Assembly: GCA_964573245.1 (NCBI GenBank)
Contig: CAZNJA010000019.1
Coordinates: forward strand, 1-19,489
Reading direction: 5' to 3'
DNA length: 19,489 nucleotides
DNA from: an uncultured bacterium
GTDB lineage: Bacteria > CAIJMQ01
The position numbers were made by a program, and so were the translations under genes. Positions 17,645 to 19,489 of the stretch are shown here, one piece after another. Positions within the stretch are counted from its first letter, which is position 1. Each line of letters opens with the position of its first letter. Under the pieces are notes generated by a model. The model made no database searches and was not told where the DNA came from. It was given only the letters and a program-made list of their open reading frames with translations.

Positions 17645-18409
17645 ATGCGATTTTTACCCACGCACCAGTCCGCCAAAGATACAATGGCGGGACGGTGCGG
17701 GGTTTCGCCTTCTCTTAAAAGAGAAGCCCCAGCCTTTAGGCTGGGGAAGGCTTCACTTATTATAATGTTCTTATTGACAGCCGTGTGCTCGGTTAAAGCT
17801 GAACCAATCCAAAAGCATATAGCGCTTGTTTTTGATGACGGGCCGACAACGGACAACGCGCCGAAATTTTTGGAAATATTCAAGCGCGAGGATATACACG
17901 TTACGTTCGGATATATAGGAACGAATGTGGAAAAGCATCCCGATATCGCCAAGAATGTTATTGCCGCAGGACACGAGATAGCAAATCATTCGTATGCCCA
18001 TCTTCACCCGAATGGTTTAAAAGATTCGTCATTGGAACACGAGATATTGTTTGCGCAGGAGGTTATTATTGAAAAAACGGGTTATGCGCCAAGGTGGTAT
18101 TGGCGTCCTTATGTTGAATCCGACCCGCGAATACCCGCAATAGCGGCAAGGGTTAACCTAAAGGTATATATGCCCAACCTCGTATCTTCCGATGACTGGA
18201 AAACGGAAGCAACCGCAGAACAAATCAAACAAAATGCCACATCCAATATCACAGATGGAACGACTATTTTATTTCATGAATTTAGCAGTAAGACAGTTGA
18301 ACAACTGCCTGCAATTATCGCGGAATTAAAAAAGCAGGGATGTGTGTTTCTTACCTTTAGTGAATTGGTTGAATATTTGGAAAGCCAAAAGACCAAAGCG
18401 GATTTTTGA
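17645..18409 (+). CDS. Polysaccharide deacetylase (NodB/CE4 family), exported; likely start ATG 17645 rather than 17588
   Basis: IALVFDDGP, GHEIANHSYAH, WRPY, DW, ILFHE motifs; TGcTAAAAT extended -10 at 17628-17636 lies 8 nt before ATG 17645. Confidence 0.85.
   Translation: MRFLPTHQSAKDTMAGRCGVSPSLKREAPAFRLGKASLIIMFLLTAVCSVKAEPIQKHIALVFDDGPTTDNAPKFLEIFKREDIHVTFGYIGTNVEKHPDIAKNVIAAGHEIANHSYAHLHPNGLKDSSLEHEILFAQEVIIEKTGYAPRWYWRPYVESDPRIPAIAARVNLKVYMPNLVSSDDWKTEATAEQIKQNATSNITDGTTILFHEFSSKTVEQLPAIIAELKKQGCVFLTFSELVEYLESQKTKADF
17723..17756 (+). mobile_element. IS200/IS605-family right-end-like hairpin remnant (no transposase in window)
   Basis: GAAGCCCCAGCC-TTTA-GGCTGGGG-AAGGCTTCAC: subterminal hairpin followed by TCAC, resembling tnpB 3'/right ends. 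Confidence 0.55.
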
Positions 18410-19489
18410 TTAATTCACAACAAAATTCACCAATTTCCCCTTAATCACTATCACTTTTCTAATTTCTTTTCCTTCGATATGTTTTTGGACGTGCGGGTCT
18501 TGAAGGGCTAACTTCTTCAAATCTTCTTCGGATATATTGCACTCAACCTGCAGTGTTGCTCTTAGTTTGCCGTTTACCTGAACTATAACGGTAACAGTTT
18601 CTTCTTTAATCAGTTTCTCGTCATACTGCGGATATTTATTATTAAAAACCGATGGTTTTTTACCTCGCCGTAAGGCGGGCCCCCCTACTCTTTCCCACAA
18701 TTCTTCTGCTGTGTGGGGCGCAAATGGGGCAAGCAGTAAAATCATTCTTTTGAGCACATCTTTGCCAACATCTTGTTTATTTGCATAACCAAAATTTATA
18801 AATTCCATAAATGCGGCGATTGGTGTATTAAACTTTGCTTTGTCCAAATCGTCGCTTACTTTCTTGTTTAGTTTATGGATTTCGCGTATTGCATCTTCCC
18901 CACTTCGTGGGTTTCCTGCACATTCAAGTGTTAAGTTCCAGAGCCGTTCCAAGAACCTGAAAACGCCTTTTACTCCGTTTGTATTCCAGGCGATTGCCTG
19001 GTCAAACGGGCCCATAAACATTTCATATATTCTCAAAGTGTCTGCGCCGAAGTTCTTTATTATTTTGTCGGGGTTTATTACATTGCCGAATGATTTGGAC
19101 ATTTTTCTGCCATCTTCTGCCAGAACCATGCCGTGAGCCGTGCGTTTTTGGTATGGCTCGGGTGTAGGCGCAACCTTTATGTCGTACAGGAATTTGTATA
19201 TGAAGCGTGAATATAATAGATGCAGTGTTGTGTGTTCCATTCCACCGTTATACCAGTCAACAGGCATCCAATATTCAAATACTTTTTTATACTTGGAAAT
19301 TGGTAATTGCCTGCCCGCCAAATCTTGATGGGTGGGGTAATTGTCCCGAAGGGATTCCGAATCCCGATGCAGCTTCGGGACTTCGGAAGACATTCCTTGC
19401 ATTAAATATGCAAGGTAGTACCAGTTTGAGCCCGCCCAGTTTGGCATTGTGTCTGTTTCTCTTTTTGCGTCTGTTCCACATTTAGGGCA
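18410..19489 (-). CDS. leuS: Leucine--tRNA ligase, C-terminal part (5' end outside window)
   Basis: Frame open to the window edge (CPKCG..AKRETDTMPNWAGS); PVDWYNGGMEHTTLHLLYSRF, KMSKS, YEMFMGPF, LLAPFAPH, VQVNGKLR, KLVNFVV. Confidence 0.97.
   Translation of the reverse strand, partial: CPKCGTDAKRETDTMPNWAGSNWYYLAYLMQGMSSEVPKLHRDSESLRDNYPTHQDLAGRQLPISKYKKVFEYWMPVDWYNGGMEHTTLHLLYSRFIYKFLYDIKVAPTPEPYQKRTAHGMVLAEDGRKMSKSFGNVINPDKIIKNFGADTLRIYEMFMGPFDQAIAWNTNGVKGVFRFLERLWNLTLECAGNPRSGEDAIREIHKLNKKVSDDLDKAKFNTPIAAFMEFINFGYANKQDVGKDVLKRMILLLAPFAPHTAEELWERVGGPALRRGKKPSVFNNKYPQYDEKLIKEETVTVIVQVNGKLRATLQVECNISEEDLKKLALQDPHVQKHIEGKEIRKVIVIKGKLVNFVVN
19296..19392. repeat. Nested palindromes plus 7-nt repeats inside the leuS coding sequence
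   Basis: GTAATTG (19303-09, 19337-43) flanking a 27-nt hairpin; GTCCCGAAG (19343-51) / CTTCGGGAC (19373-81); TTCCGAA / TTCGGAA. Confidence 0.7.

Noticed and set aside
17512-19485. ORFs 17512-17952, 17771-18007, 18840-19136, 19140-19328, 19207-19485, 19287-19481
   Set aside because: Shadows or alternate frames of the deacetylase and leuS

Overview
A bacterial chromosomal segment, AT-rich by eye. The left part is a minus-strand housekeeping block: a partial NtrC-family sigma-54 response regulator, a metallophosphoesterase, mlaD/mlaF/mlaE-like ABC genes, an O-antigen-ligase/TPR protein and rsmD. The right edge holds the 3' part of leuS (minus strand). Between them lies an ~11.5 kb plus-strand block of accessory genes with a complete type V-A CRISPR-Cas locus (cas12a-cas4-cas1-cas2, leader, 10 repeats/9 spacers). 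Four things stand out beyond the gene list. (1) A promoter - ~120-nt structured RNA - strong intrinsic terminator unit sits directly upstream of cas12a and has a possible antiterminator pairing. (2) A family of short GC-rich palindromic elements is inserted in frame into three proteins (YhiN-like oxidoreductase, LeuRS, a deacetylase signal peptide), one ending in an IS200/IS605 right-end-like hairpin. (3) An unannotated 45-aa Arg-doublet protein has its own promoter and RBS. (4) One spacer is antisense to a phage Lar-like KPCPFCG motif. All calls come from motif recognition by eye; no searches were run.
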